From: Octopus vulgaris
Lineage: Eukaryota
DNA: 64,000 nucleotides
NCBI GenBank assembly: GCA_951406725.2
Contig: OX597828.1
Span: forward strand, 32,116,001 to 32,180,000
Reading direction: 5' to 3'
Below are positions 28,455 to 42,252 of the stretch, in pieces. The notes beneath the pieces were generated by a model that saw only the letters and a program-made list of their open reading frames with translations, ran no database searches and was not told where the DNA came from. The number at the start of each line of letters is the position of its first letter. Positions within the stretch are counted from its first letter, which is position 1. A program made the position numbers and the translations under genes.

Positions 28455-28615
28455 AACCAGCCGAAATTGTAATGATCATCTGGAACTCGATTGAGGAAAG
28501 AAGGCTCCGAATGACCCGCCCTTGTTTTCTTTGCATCGTCTATCTAGATGCTTTGTTGTCCCTTATTTGTATCACGTAGCTGTTTGAATGTTTTGCGTTC
28601 TTCCCTCATATTGTA
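28455..28615 (+). repeat. Dispersed repeat homologous to about 61388-61550 (possible PLE-derived terminus)
   Basis: Shares gaaattg...atctgg...tgaggaaag...cgaatgacccg.ccttgttttct..tg.atcgtctatct.gatg.tttgttgtccctt.tttgtatcac with the 61 kb copy. Both lie just downstream of (TA)n. Confidence 0.75.
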
Positions 28616-30066
28616 TAATATATATAGTCATGCTGCACTTGTCAATAAAAAGAGATGATAGTGAAACGGGTGTAGGGATTATCTGCGTCTAATATATAAA
28701 TATATACGTTACTGAGTGTAGTGTATGCGTATATGTACGTGCGGGTAGTGAACAGAGATAGGATAGATATGGTTGTATGCCATTTGTGTTTTTTAATGTT
28801 CTGTAATATATCGAATCGACAGCAAAATGTCAGTATTCTAGATTCGGGGGCAGTAATGCTCTCCAATTGACCAAGATATTGGAAGGTGGTACACAAGCAT
28901 TACTGCAATGCAACAAGAGGAGTACGTAGACGTTTAAATGATTATATTCTATATATTAAAATAAAATAAGTAAGACTCTTTTGTTTTATTTTTCAGTTTT
29001 ATTGATTTTTGTCTGATCATATTTTGATCTGATTTTTGGCTGTATGTGACAGCAGATGACAGGCTGAATATTCATGAATGATCAAAAAGATACTTCAACC
29101 GTAATTCTCATTTTATTTTAGTTAAAAGTTTCATATTATTTACTTTAACATATTGGCTACCGAAAAGTGTATCACAAATAATATGAGTTCTATATTTAAT
29201 GAGTATTGAAGAATTTATCATACATTCTTTCATTCGCAAATTTCATTGCAATACCCTGCCTCAAGATTCAGGGCACATGTACATCTACAATGTACCATTC
29301 AATAATATGTGGACATCGTCTCGTCTGTAAATTATCATCGGTGGGTGTCTCGCTATTCTACTCCAAAATGAGACCTCATTCTTTTATCGGTTCTCTAATG
29401 TAATATTTGTTTGACTCATAAATTCAACAGTTCCTTCGATTATTATGTAAAATCTTTATAATTTCTGATCGGCTTAGCTAATATTCTCTTTTAGGTACCG
29501 TATAGTATTTTACTAAACACAACTCCCTTAACACAGACACAATCCTACTATGTTCTCTGTCGGGAAACTATTATATTTGTTCTCTCTATGTTTCGTATTT
29601 CTCTAGTAATATCTCCATCTCTTATCTCCCTTTCATTGTCCCTTGTATGTCCCTGTTCACTGAGTTTCCTCCAACTCATTCCACTCTACCATACTCTGCA
29701 ATCTCTGAACATTTATATTTGTAAAGTTTACTTATGTATATACATTGCCACTTTGCTCTTCATTGAATGCACTTCACCTACGTTAACAATTTCATCGGGA
29801 CTGACGGCAGGTGACTCGCCCATTACATTATGCACTTATTACATAGGGATATGCTTATTATGTAAGTTATGGCTATCTTTAAACAGCTGTCGGGATGAAA
29901 GTTTACATAATTCTGTTCTTTTATTATCCTTTAACTTTTTTTCTGTAACAGGTAATGGTTTTGACTGCACGTAAACATACATCTCAAGCTAAGCTTACTG
30001 CCACTATTCAAACACTCACACATACACACACGCTCGCATACACACACACATACGTTTGTTTTTGTG

Positions 30067-30158
<92 letters not shown>

Positions 30159-30615
30159 TGTGTGTGTATGAATATAAAGAGGCTGAGAAAAATGCTACAA
30201 CGATCGAGACTTAGAACAAATGTTATTAAGCTTCTGAAATATATGAAAATCTAATTGAAAAGGGAATCGTTAAGCAAATGAATTGGATATATGCTAACTC
30301 GTTTTCATTTTGTAAGTCTATCATGGATTGCAAACTTATGTTAATGCAACTATCTTACCATTTCACTCTGTATATGATCAATACATTTCTCGTCTCTGCG
30401 TTACATTATACAATCAACTAAAATGATATTATACAGAGGACATCGTGGAATTATAGTTCTACTCAATTTCTGTATGACGCGGTCATCATTCCTCCACACT
30501 GAGTATAAATGTATAATACATATATAGATAACTAGACCATATGTCTAAACATACGTACATGAACACATATACTTACACACATGCACACACACATTCGCAT
30601 ATACACACACACATA

Positions 30616-30696
<81 letters not shown>

Positions 30697-31975
30697 GCTG
30701 ATAGATAGATGCCTTGTACAATCAACTACAAGTTATATCAGAGAAATGAATTTTCACAGGGTTCGGATATATCTAGTCTTAGAAGTGATAAATCTCATTT
30801 AGGAAAAAAAGAACACCATTACAATTTAACAGTCCTTTCCAAGCAAATCTTAAATGTCAATATTATGATTTATGCGCAGGATAGCCATATTCTTAAATTG
30901 CATATATTCATCATATTTGGGAAGCAATTTTGCAATTGCTGTCATGTTATCTTTAATTTACGAACTCCGTACATGTAAACTGAGGCTACGCTGTTATTAT
31001 GCGCCATTTTGTGTCTATGTGTTGGTAATAAAATAACTGAGTATATTTGCAGGATAAATTAGTTAATTTAGTGCTCTAATTTAAATTTGACTATAAAAAT
31101 TTTTATGCACATATGTGTTCCATTATCTGTGTACTGCAAAATGAAGTGGATTATTATCAATATTCACTTCGGAAAAAATCGATTATCAGAATTATATCTC
31201 GCCAAAATTTAGAAAGCCTCTGATAAATTATGTCGATGATATCCATGACCATCACATTCATTATTATCGCAGAGGCAACTTGTCATACCTCATCTTTAAG
31301 GTCTATATTTTGATGGAGTTATCTGTTTATATGCAGTAGGTGATTTATTGCTTATAACAAATCAATATAATTGTGATTCCATTATTCGTAGCTTCATATG
31401 CTGTTAAAATAAATTTTGTAGAGCGAGATGTAAAATTGAGAGTGCACAGCTACACAGGGCTAATGGACAAAAAGGAAACAAGATTTTCCAAGGTTAAATT
31501 GCAGCCCATGCTGGTTTCTGCATCAAATTGAATGACGCATATAAGTTTGAAATCGGTAATACGAATTGTAATTTCATATTAAGTATAGTGAATTCAAAAG
31601 TAAAATTGTCCATGCCAATTTCGATATGTATAAGACGTCGAACAAAACACATCTAAAGGTATCAATTCGTGAAGTAATTATGTTTACAATATTGAATATG
31701 CATCATCTCATTGGCAACAGAGTGAGCGTGATACAATGAACAAAAAAAAAAAAAAACATATCACTAGATATTGCTAAGTAACAACTTTTGGTATTTGCAC
31801 TGATGCTATATACTCGCCACGAGTAGAATTCTGTGAATGTACAAACAGCTTATTCATTTATATAGAACAGATGTTTGGGTGGGGCTTTGTTCAGAAGAGG
31901 AGAACATGTTTTTTTCTTCTGGATGATGTTCCACGACAATGGAGATAGATAGAGAGATAGGTAGGTAGATAGGTT

Positions 31976-32056
<81 letters not shown>

Positions 32057-32686
32057 GTAGATAGATAGAAAGACGGGAGAGAAATGAGGGATCCACTTTC
32101 TTATTCACCAGTCATTTATTCATTTAGTCATTTACCATTGTATTGAATTAGGTTTAAGATTGGTGACCTCTTCAACAAAAAAAAAAAAACAGATGTGGTG
32201 TGATCATTACTGAAAGATGTTTTGCTTTCTCTCTCTCTTTTAGCCCCTTTTTCTTGTTCTTTTTCTTCCTTTGTGCCTTTTTTCTCATCTTTCCTTCTTT
32301 TTTTCTCCTTTCTTTTTCTCATCTTTGAGTTATATTTAGAATACAAAATGTACTATCTCTGCTTTTCTTTCAAACATTCACTTTTGCAGTGACAGTTTTG
32401 ATGAAATGTAGTTCCATTGCTTTTCAGTGTGGGGATTGCCCCGTGCACATTTGTAAGAGGGAAGAAAATTCCTAAAAGGTAAAACCAAACGCTCATCAGA
32501 TTTAGCCGATATGGAAGAGAATATGGTGACTGTTCCCATATGTTTCCAACAGTCGCCATATTCCCTTCCATATCTTCTAACGCTTTTGAGTTTATGGTTA
32601 TATAACCGGATTGTTACATAACACAACACTATACTCCCTGCGCGAAACCGACAGCTAAGATCAGCCATGGACTCTTAGACGACTCA

Positions 32687-32853
32687 CGTATGGAGTGGTT
32701 GAGTGGTAAGTAGCTTGCTAACCAACCACATGGTTCCGGGTTCAGTCCCACTGCGTGGCATCTTGGGCAAGTGTCTTCTGCTTTCGTTCCGGGCCGACCA
32801 ATGCCTTGTGAGTGGATTTGGTAGACGGAAACTGAAAGAAGCCTGTTGTATAT

Positions 32854-32893
<40 letters not shown>

Positions 32894-33114
32894 TTGTGTG
32901 TCTGTATTTGTCCCCCTAGCATTGCTTGACAACCGATGCTGGTGTGTTTACGTCCCCGTCACTTAGCGGTTCGGCAAAAGAGCCCGATAGAATAAGTACT
33001 GGGCTTACAAAGAATAATCCCGGGGTCGATTTGCTCGACTGAAGGCGGTGCTCCAGCATGGCCGCAGTCAAATGACTGAAACAAGTAAAAGAGTAAAAGA
33101 GTAAAAGAGTAAAA

Positions 33115-33116
<2 letters not shown>
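32687..33116 (+). mobile_element. tRNA-derived SINE (family A), near full length, young
   Basis: Same A/B boxes, internal microsatellite and (GTAAAAGA)n tail as 16052-16473. Confidence 0.92.
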
Positions 33117-33179
<63 letters not shown>

Positions 33180-34230
33180 TATATACATATGTGTACATAA
33201 ATATACATGTATGCGTATATACGTGTCTATCTGTGTGTGTGTGTTTGTGTGTGTGTGTGTATGTGTGTGTGTTTGTATGCATCGCAGAACATACGTTTGC
33301 GAAATAGACTCAAAACTAGTTGGACGAGTATGGAAGGAAGCATTTTTCATATGCTCTGAGTGTGGGAGTATAATGAAAACCAAACGTTTGAGAGGAGAAC
33401 ATAGCCACATAAAAAAGTTATAATATAAAAGAACCCTGTTTGACATAAGTCAATTACACATCTCTACAAGTTTTGTTATACCGCATTTGAGAAAGACAAT
33501 TTAAGAGCTGTTATGAAGATATCTGATATATCCAATTATATATGTAATAATATTTTACGTTCCCTTGCACAGATATGAATATAAAATTACAGATAAATAC
33601 TGGTTTCATAATAAAACGTAGGAACAACATTCAGTATATTAGTTGAAGCACATATTTTATCTCCATTGTATATATGTCCGATTTCAACATGATAATATAA
33701 AAGACTGATTAGGAAAAATTCATCGTAGGTTTTAATTGAGTTTTATGAATATTTTAATAACAATGCTTATTACGCCATGTAATTCTATTGAATTTGGTCA
33801 ATAACAATAAAGCGGACAAATATCCAGCAATATCTGACTGCAATCCCATATATTTACTTGGATTACAACTCTTTCATATTACTACGTAAAATAAATCTGT
33901 TGGCCTTCACCAGTTATTAAAACAGCGATGGAATTTCAAACGTAAACATTGTTTTGCAACAGACATTAATGGAAAGGTTGCGATCAGAAGCGTTTGCCTA
34001 GATTTAAGAGATGTTTGCATTATATATTCAGATTCCAGGCTGTATACAGCGTTTTCCTAACTGTGTGTAAATAATATTTCTTTTATGTATGTTGAAACAA
34101 ACGGGAGAATATGACGCACACTCACACACATATCTATCTTTCTATCTCTTCATCTTTCTAATTGCATAAACACGCGTATATAAATATGCACATATGCATA
34201 TGTACGCATGATATATATATAATCATGTAT

Positions 34231-34273
<43 letters not shown>

Positions 34274-34621
34274 TATATATATATACATACGTATACATAT
34301 AAATATATATATAAATATATACATATACATATAAATATATATATATATAGAAATATTAAAATTACTAAGTCTCTCTAAAAGAGAACAACGGCAGCATTCC
34401 CGGAAAATAATAGTTATCGCCATACTAATATGGCATTCACATATATATATATATACATACATATATATATATATATGTCTGTGTATATATATATACGTAT
34501 ATATATAAGCATATGTTGAGGTGTGTTCTGTTAATAACGTATTAGGGCACAACAAGCTTTAAGGAGCCAAGGATGCCGTAGCATGGACATCCAGATCTAC
34601 TTACGGAGACAGGAATCAAAT

Positions 34622-34743
34622 ATCACCCGAGGAGATACATGTGGATCTTCGTATACAGATAAATCGTTACATAATTTGATTTTAATTTAAATATAAATCC
34701 TGTATATACGAGAATCTGTATGTATCGAATCATTTGTAGCGAT
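34622..34743 (+). ncRNA. Decayed type I hammerhead-like motif with a long stem II
   Basis: atcac-CCGAGGA-GATACAT...(long imperfect hairpin)...ATGTATC-GAAT-catttg-TA-gcgat. It has two core substitutions relative to CUGANGA/GAAA. Confidence 0.45.
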
Positions 34744-34876
34744 TAAAAAGCTGCCTAACCGTTTTTACTCTTCCTTTTGTCTCTTTTACATTTTACTTTT
34801 TATATATGTGCATGTATATAGATATTTACGTTTGTATGATATATACATATACGTATCATACATATACATGTATATA

Positions 34877-34965
<89 letters not shown>

Positions 34966-34972
<7 letters not shown>

Positions 34973-35478
34973 GTGAATTGAAGAAATGGAGCTGAACGCA
35001 GATTGAACAGAAATCGTTTTATTTCATTCTACACGTGTTTCGAAAGGCACAAATTACCAAAATCCGATGGAATAATGGGACCATATTGTGTCTTTCTCTT
35101 CAGGAAGAAAATAGGAAATCCGTTGGAAAAACAAAAACAGAACAGAGGCGGAGCAAAAACAAATCGAACTATGCTCCTAAGAGCCCTGTGAAGAGAAAGA
35201 CACAATATGGTCCCATTATTCCATCGGATTTTGGTAATTTGTGCCTTTCGAAACACGTGTAGAATGAAATAAAACGATTTCTGTTCAATCTGCGTTCAGC
35301 TCCATTTCTTCAATTCACCAATAATGTTCTAATTTCAATTATCCGCACCAACGCACGGTTGCAACACCATATGGTTGTACCTCCAACCGTGCTGTTTTAC
35401 TGCTGTGATTTTTGCTACTAAGGTATCGGTTAAACTTTTGATTAATCTACTACAAGATTATTCATCTTTCTATTTCAC

Positions 35479-35482
<4 letters not shown>
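34966..35482. mobile_element. Head-to-head inverted PLE-like (pLTR) element embedded in (TA)n
   Basis: Perfect 137-bp inverted repeat 34966-35102 / 35189-35325 with an 86-bp spacer. The + arm continues to about 35482. (TA)n lies on both sides and the element contains an HHR. Confidence 0.8.
35020..35113 (-). ncRNA. Type I hammerhead ribozyme (predicted intact)
   Basis: Minus strand: tattttcttc-CTGAAGA-gaaagacacaa...ttgtgcctttc-GAAA-c-acgt-g-TA-gaatgaaata. Stem I pairs 9/10 (including G-U), stem II pairs 10/11, stem III is the palindrome ACACGTGT, and the cleavage triplet is GUA. Confidence 0.85.
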
Positions 35483-35519
<37 letters not shown>

Positions 35520-36744
35520 TTGAATTGTACAAGTATGAGTGGGTTCATCTGAATTTTATATGTTGTCACTTCATATAGCATCTTATTGGCAATAACCAGC
35601 AGCGCTTCACCGTATGTTATTGGAAACTCGACGTGCAATCTGTTCTTGAAAGACATATCCCATATCTTTACCTCTAAATAGAGGCTATGAAATCACAGAA
35701 AAGAAGTAGATTTAAAATGCTCCCATTCATTTTGTAAAGTATTTGAATACTGTTCAATATGGGAATTTTATTGAATATCACTTCCAAAATCGGAAAATCT
35801 ATTCTAGATTCTTTTCAACAATATCACATTAAACCTCAAAAAAACAGAGGAGGATTTGTGGAGTCAGGCTACATATGATTAAAATTTCAACTTACGTTAC
35901 TCATTTCAATCAATACTACATTTTTATTTATTTAAATATGTTTAGAATTTTATAGGTATGAAGTAGTTTGAACACCCAGAGTGAACACCGCTATTTATTC
36001 ATTACATCCGTATTTCCTTTTTCTTTTTGATTATTTCAAATCGGACGAATTATCTTGTACGGTTCATAATTTCGTCTTTATGAGTAACCAATAATGAGAC
36101 TGCATCCTGAGAGGTGTTTTATGTATAAAAATATAACGTATTCCTTTAAATTTTAAGGATGCCATTTTATGTCTGTATGGTACCAGGACTATAATAATAT
36201 TTTAATTCAAGCAATCTCTACTGTTGTCTAACCTATGTTTTTATGATATCTCACCTAACCCTATATTTTAAGAACGACCATCTAACATTTAAATCCTCAG
36301 TTCGCTTCACTCACCCACATGGGAAAGGTCTTAAACAAAGATACATCGTAATGTCCACCTTGGATAATTTTGTACTGCAAGTGCCATAGCCAACTGAATG
36401 CTATATGAAAGGGCATTATGAAACTTATCCACGAAAAACACGTATGGGATACGAATATAATGAGATTAATGCTGAAATAAACAAATTTCAAAGATATAAT
36501 GCTCGAATTTTCTTTATCATGTCTTTATCATTCTTTATCATTCTTCAGCATGAAGAATGAAATCCAGCGAAGCGAACTTAGGCCTTACCTTCCAAATTAA
36601 GTGAATCATAATTGTTTATCTGAAGCAACTCAGTATGCTCCGTCATCATTAGATGTTTGTGGAAATCTGGATTTTCTCAGTGTGCTAATAAGGATTCCAA
36701 AGCCATATTTCTTTACGTAATACATATGTATGAGTGTGTGCATG

Positions 36745-36813
<69 letters not shown>

Positions 36814-38022
36814 ACGTATGTATGTATTTATATCTGCTTGTAAGCTATCATTCCCTCGCGTACACATATATATTCATATGGCAAAACTAAGAAATCTGTG
36901 CATATTTTCTTTCTTATGTAAAGTAGTGATTTTCAGTAAATGTTTGGGTAAATAAAACTCGACCAAACATTGTTTTATTTGAATCTGTATGTAAGGATGT
37001 ATGTCTAATGTAAAGCAACATAAGCAAAGCCAGAACCGATTTTCAACTATAATCATTGCCATGCTTTATATTTCTAGTTACCCATAACAAATGGTAATGA
37101 AATGAAAATTTGCATGTTAAGATGCTGTTAAAGAATCAATGATATCGAATATAAACAAAACTGCACTAAGCTAATGGATTTCGATGAAACCATTTGCTGC
37201 TGTTTGCTGAAGACAAGTGTTCTGACGCAATAAATTATTCATAACTGGTTGAAGTGGAGTAAAAAAAATAACGCAGAAATATATATATTTCCCAAACATA
37301 TACTTCAAAAAACAAATATGATGTACTTAATACACATACGAGTGTGTTGCAGATCTGTTGGAAAGATTTGCAATATTCGTTTCGGGTACTTGTTGCGAAA
37401 ATGTATTCAAACTTCATGTAGCTTTCGGCAAATGAAAATACATAAAGATATTCTCTCGGTAAAATATAATAGGTGAATATAGGAATTCTCATTTTAAAAT
37501 TGCATCGTTAAAAGATAGGAAGCAAAGCATATTCAAAAATGTGATTGGTTCTACAAAATATAGCAAATTGTTAATACGTTTACGTAAAAATGTAACATGA
37601 AGAGAAATATAAAATGCCATCATATCATCGAAATAAAAATAAATGTCTAATAAATGTAGGGGAAACAATAAGAAAGAGATATTCCAGTAAATATTGCAAC
37701 TATTATTCTGAAAACATAAATTGTTTGGAGAGAATGGATTTTTTAATTCGAAAAGATCTCAGATATCTCAAGTGGATTATTATATACAAAAATGGAACAT
37801 TTTATACTATTCTGTACTAAGTATGTTATCGAATGTACGACAGTTAAAATCTCGTTTGAATTGGATTAAAAATAAAATAAAAGGACAGATGCTGTAAATG
37901 TATTTAATGTTGCTTGTGTCGAAAAATATATTTTGTTATATATAGAGAAAGAGAGAAAGAGGGGGAGAGAAAGATAGACAGATACTTATATATTAAATCG
38001 GTATATGTATTATATATATATA

Positions 38023-38164
38023 CTAGCAGTATCGCCCGGCGTTGCTCAGGTTTGTAAGGGAAATAACTATAAAGCATTTTTAGAGAGTTTGGTCAGGGTG
38101 AGGGTACAAGCAAACAGACACACAGAAACACGCACAGACAAACTGCCGTTTATATAGAGAGAGA
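38023..38164 (-). mobile_element. Non-autonomous mini-Helitron
   Basis: The minus strand begins TC (tctctctctatataaacggcag), has a GC-rich subterminal hairpin (cctgagcaacgccggg) about 10 nt before the terminal CTAG, and is inserted between A and T with no TSD. Confidence 0.8.
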
Positions 38165-38197
38165 TATATATATATGTATACATATGTAGGTATATAT

Positions 38198-38259
<62 letters not shown>

Positions 38260-39184
38260 ATATATAAATATATGTGTATTTTCTCTCTGTGAGTGTGTGT
38301 GTGTGTGTATTAATGAATGCATGCAGAGGAGGGTTGTTAATTGCATAATTGATGAGAGTGAATTAACTTACAAGGCATGCAATAGACTATACATCTATAG
38401 ATATAGATGAAGTTTATTGCATAATATACACATATATGGAGTATACGAACTGAAGTTTATTGAATAATATGCACATTATAAAGAGAAACAAAGATGGAAC
38501 GTAATAGGGATTCTTATGCACAGAAAAAGAGGTCAGAATATACACTCAAATGAGGGGAATGTACGCTTGCATTTATGTATTCTTTGCTTTATCCGTTCTA
38601 TTCTAAAGAGCTTCTAACAACCGTATATCTTTGTATAGGGTATGCACCTCAAGGATTGTTTATCTCACCCCGTAAGCTATTTGAATTTCCTCTATTTAAA
38701 CAATTCATTTTAGTAATGCTAATTCAAGTCTGAATAGACAGGGCTTGTAACAAGGTCGTTCGTCCCCTGGTCATCATATTTCAGGTTTTGTGTGTATATG
38801 TACATTTCTGTCAGTAAGTACATACATATATAGCTAATATATTTGCGTGTCATGCCTTCGTTACGAGATTTAGGGGCTTGGTTTTTGCTGTTGATTTATG
38901 ATTTGTTACTTATATTTCGGAGATACGATGTGTGATGTAGAACCGAGCGGGATCATTTGGCTGGATTTAGGATGTTGCGGTTTCTATGGTTATGAGGGAC
39001 TACAAAATGAAAATTTATATTCGTATAGGGATCACTTTTGCTTTCGTTATATTAGTTTTGTTATATCTTTGTCTTTCGTAAGTTGGAAAACGGCTACTAT
39101 TCCCTTCACATTTTGCTTTGGTGACCAGGACATTCATGTTTTGAAACTGATGTATTTCCAATACGTTTCGCGCAGATTCAGCGA

Positions 39185-39368
39185 TGTGTTGCTGAAGCAG
39201 AAATATCGTCATGGCAAATATTCTGTTCTACACCACATATTTGCTTGTTAGTTGCTTGACCATTACCAATTGAGCATGGCAATATGTGCACATCTGAGCA
39301 TGAGCTGGAATGATGGGGGAACATCATAGTCCTGTGTTGAGAGGGATTCTGTGGAGTTTGAATAAACA
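39185..39368 (+). repeat. Older copy of the element at 42253-42647 (opposite orientation)
   Basis: gagcatg...atatgtgcacatctgagcatgagc...catcatagtcctgtgttgagagggattctgtggagtttgaataa aligns to the reverse complement of about 42537-42647. The 39185-39270 extension is inferred. Confidence 0.7.
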
Positions 39369-39519
39369 TGACAAAAGTAAAGCTTAAAGGAAATGTTAGC
39401 TATTTTCTACACTTTCTGGGAATAAGCAAATAGGAAATAACAGATGCTCCTCAAGGAACAAAATCGCGTTACAAATATATTATGTTCTTATTTTTTCGAT
39501 GGAGGTACTTGTTTCTGTT

Positions 39520-40345
39520 TGAGAAGGTATTTTTGATTCTATCAATCGTTTCTCAAGTCTATTTGTGTCTGTAACTATAGAGCATATATGTCTTGCTATA
39601 TTGAACGGTAGGCTAGTTTTGTGGCTAGTTTGGGAAGGGTTACAAGATGTAATATCTAATTATTAGTTTCATAAGTGCCATTGGAATAGAGATCGGTTCT
39701 ACCTGTCTCATATTATTTTGTTATTAGAATGTTCAGAAAATGAAGCTGTATTTTATTTATTTCCATAGGGAGCTGGATTGTGACATGCTTGCTTATTATT
39801 AATTAAACGAATCTTGTAATATCCACGTTTAGTTTCCAAAATAGTAAGCAGTCACACAAGAATCTTTCCCAGCTCCCTATTCATAAGGATTGGAAATGTT
39901 GATTACAGGTAATATTAGACAAATTATAAAAGTTACCTTTCAAGTGCTCCATTCCAAGTTAGGAAACCGTCGGTGTTACTCTCCCTTTTTCCGTGCTTTG
40001 TATCTGTAGGGTATCAAAGACGATGTAATTGGTTTCCAGTACCAGTCCTTCAAGGTCAAACACATTTGATAATCTGTCCTGAGTTCTTTGTGAGTAAATA
40101 TCTATCTTGTGATCGACGGCTTCTAATCCCAATCCATAAAAGATATTCGTGTATAGATTCGTTTCGTCAAATGCGACTAGGATTATATCTTTAGCCACTT
40201 TTTCACCAACATGGTTTAGGGACTCCCGGCCTTCTATAATTAAACGAGGAGTCAATTTAAAACAAGGTTTCAAAATTAACACAAGTAAATTGCTCTATCG
40301 TTGGGTGCCAGAGGCCGTTCTTAAAAAATTGGATACGTTTTAGAT
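39520..40345 (-). pseudogene. Penelope-like element reverse transcriptase remnant
   Basis: ORF 39959-40282 reads LILKPCFKLTP...DIILVAFDETNLYTNIFYGLGLEAVDH...LVLETNYIVFD, matching the PLE RT motifs SFDVTNLYTNIP.LGLEA and LENNYF.F. Downstream come LDITSCNPS and LPFNIARHICSIVTDTNRLEKRL (PLE YL.F.SCHP / IPFNLARRIC). Confidence 0.8.
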
Positions 40346-40399
40346 CAGATTACCTGGGAATCTTAACATATGATGTACAAATGTTTATTAACCTGTTTT

Positions 40400-40718
40400 G
40401 AATTATTTAGATTTAAGGATATTTGGATGTCCATAAACATAACTTGTTGGACAAATTTAATGACGCTAATATCTCTTTGAAAATCCAAGAGAAAGAAGAT
40501 TACTATGGACAACTTCTCCGAAACATCCAGTCTCCATATCCGAATTGCATAATAACATTTATACCAATAGTAATTGGTGCACATGGATTTCTAAGCAAAT
40601 ACTTATCTGTCAGTCTGGATGAACTTGGGTTTGTAGAAAAAGAAGTTAAACACAAGATTCGCACTATTGAAATACAATCTGTAAATCCATGTTAGAAATT
40701 TTTCGGGTTTAAAATGTG
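40400..40718 (+). mobile_element. 3' end of an REL-endonuclease non-LTR retrotransposon (R2 superfamily)
   Basis: ORF 40423-40695 reads DANISLKIQEKEDYYGQLLRNIQSPYP..ITFIPIVIGAHG, i.e. the K..KY and PIVIGA.G motifs. Confidence 0.7.
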
Positions 40719-41100
40719 ACGTTGTTATCGTTTTCTACATTCAAAAAACGGAGCTTTATAATTTTGTTAGAAACTAAGTCCTTCTTCACAGGAATAACTC
40801 GAGTAATTGAATTCAGAAAACACATGCATATATACAAACTGCAAATATGCTACATCTGCAACTTTGCTCTCTATATTTCCTTCTTATCGCCTTTACGTTA
40901 ACGTCCACAAATTTAAAGTTTAGAAAAAAGTGACTTCAATTAAATATCACCAGACAGAAATCGGTGGGTGATCGATATGACTGATTGAACAATTGACAAT
41001 TGCAGCGAAGCGTGCCGACAGTCCAACCTTTGGAACAAATACATTAAATCTATCTATTTCCTTATCTAAGTATCTGTCTATCGATCTTCCTGTCTAGCTG

Positions 41101-41179
<79 letters not shown>

Positions 41180-41662
41180 CATGCATGCACATATTTATAC
41201 ATATATATGTGCATATGTTATATATGCATATCATCTGTGTGGGACTTTTAGCGTTTCTACGTAGGCAATGCTTGTAGTATTTGGAGCGTAAAATATGCGG
41301 AAAGATTTACGAGCATCCATATATAGATATAAGGAATGATTCAAAAGCTTATAATTAAATATTAAATTTGCCATAGTTACGATAAATTATATGCTACATC
41401 ATTAGATTCTGAGCTGTTAGGATAGTTTATTATTGGAAAATCCAAAATTATTCATGAAACTATTGATTTCTTTCGTGCGGTTAGAAGTCAAGTAATAACG
41501 TTGTAAGAATCTTGTCTACTGAATCAACCTTGCATATTATTGTACATATTTAATCAGATCCTTGCAGACATAAACAGAGAAAATAAAATCCCTAGAATTA
41601 GCACTCGGAAGAGAAAGTACTCTCTCTTTCTCATTCTCTTTCTATTTCTCTCAGTCTCTCTG

Positions 41663-41698
<36 letters not shown>

Positions 41699-41911
41699 AG
41701 CATATATATATATATATATATACACATTTTTTATGCACAAGTGCATGTGTATCTGTCTGTTTTTTTTAAATATAAATATGTATGCAAGTGAGTGTGTGCG
41801 TGTGTGTATGTGTGTGTGTTTTCACTTTTGCATTTTATTAATTTAAATTCTACCTTTGTGGAAGCAACGGTTTTCTAACAAGGATACAAACATTCATGGC
41901 TGCAATGGTTA

Positions 41912-41944
<33 letters not shown>

Positions 41945-42047
41945 GCATGTGTGTATGTAGATGTATCTGGAGATGAATAGTTAACGATTTTTATTCAATA
42001 TTCATGCTGTCAATATTTCAATGACATGTCAGATTTGTTTTGTATTC

Positions 42048-42252
42048 TAAAGTGGCAGACTTGTTAACACGACAGCCAAAATGCTTAGTGGCATTTTGTC
42101 AGTCTTAAAGACGTTCTGAGTTCAGATTCAGCTGAAGACTACTTTACATTCCACCATTTCAGGTTCGATAATATAAGTAGCAGAGAAGTACCGGGGTCAA
42201 TGTAATCGACCAGACCCCTTCCACCAAGCTTATTATTATTATTATTATTATT
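42048..42252 (+). mobile_element. SINE family B running into a (TTA)n tract
   Basis: tggcagacttgtta...aaatgcttagtggcatttt...acgttctgagttcagattc...ggttcgataatataagtagcag...ggggtcaatgtaatcgac, followed by (TTA)n. Confidence 0.7.

Noticed and set aside
32420-32500. Minus-strand CTGATGA...GAAA hammerhead candidate (similar ones at about 36480-36550 and 52620-52660)
   Set aside because: Stems II/III do not pair convincingly or the GAAA is absent. Such cores are expected by chance.
35029-35262. Two mirror-image 75-aa ORFs on opposite strands
   Set aside because: They are a by-product of the 137-bp inverted repeat and show no protein features.
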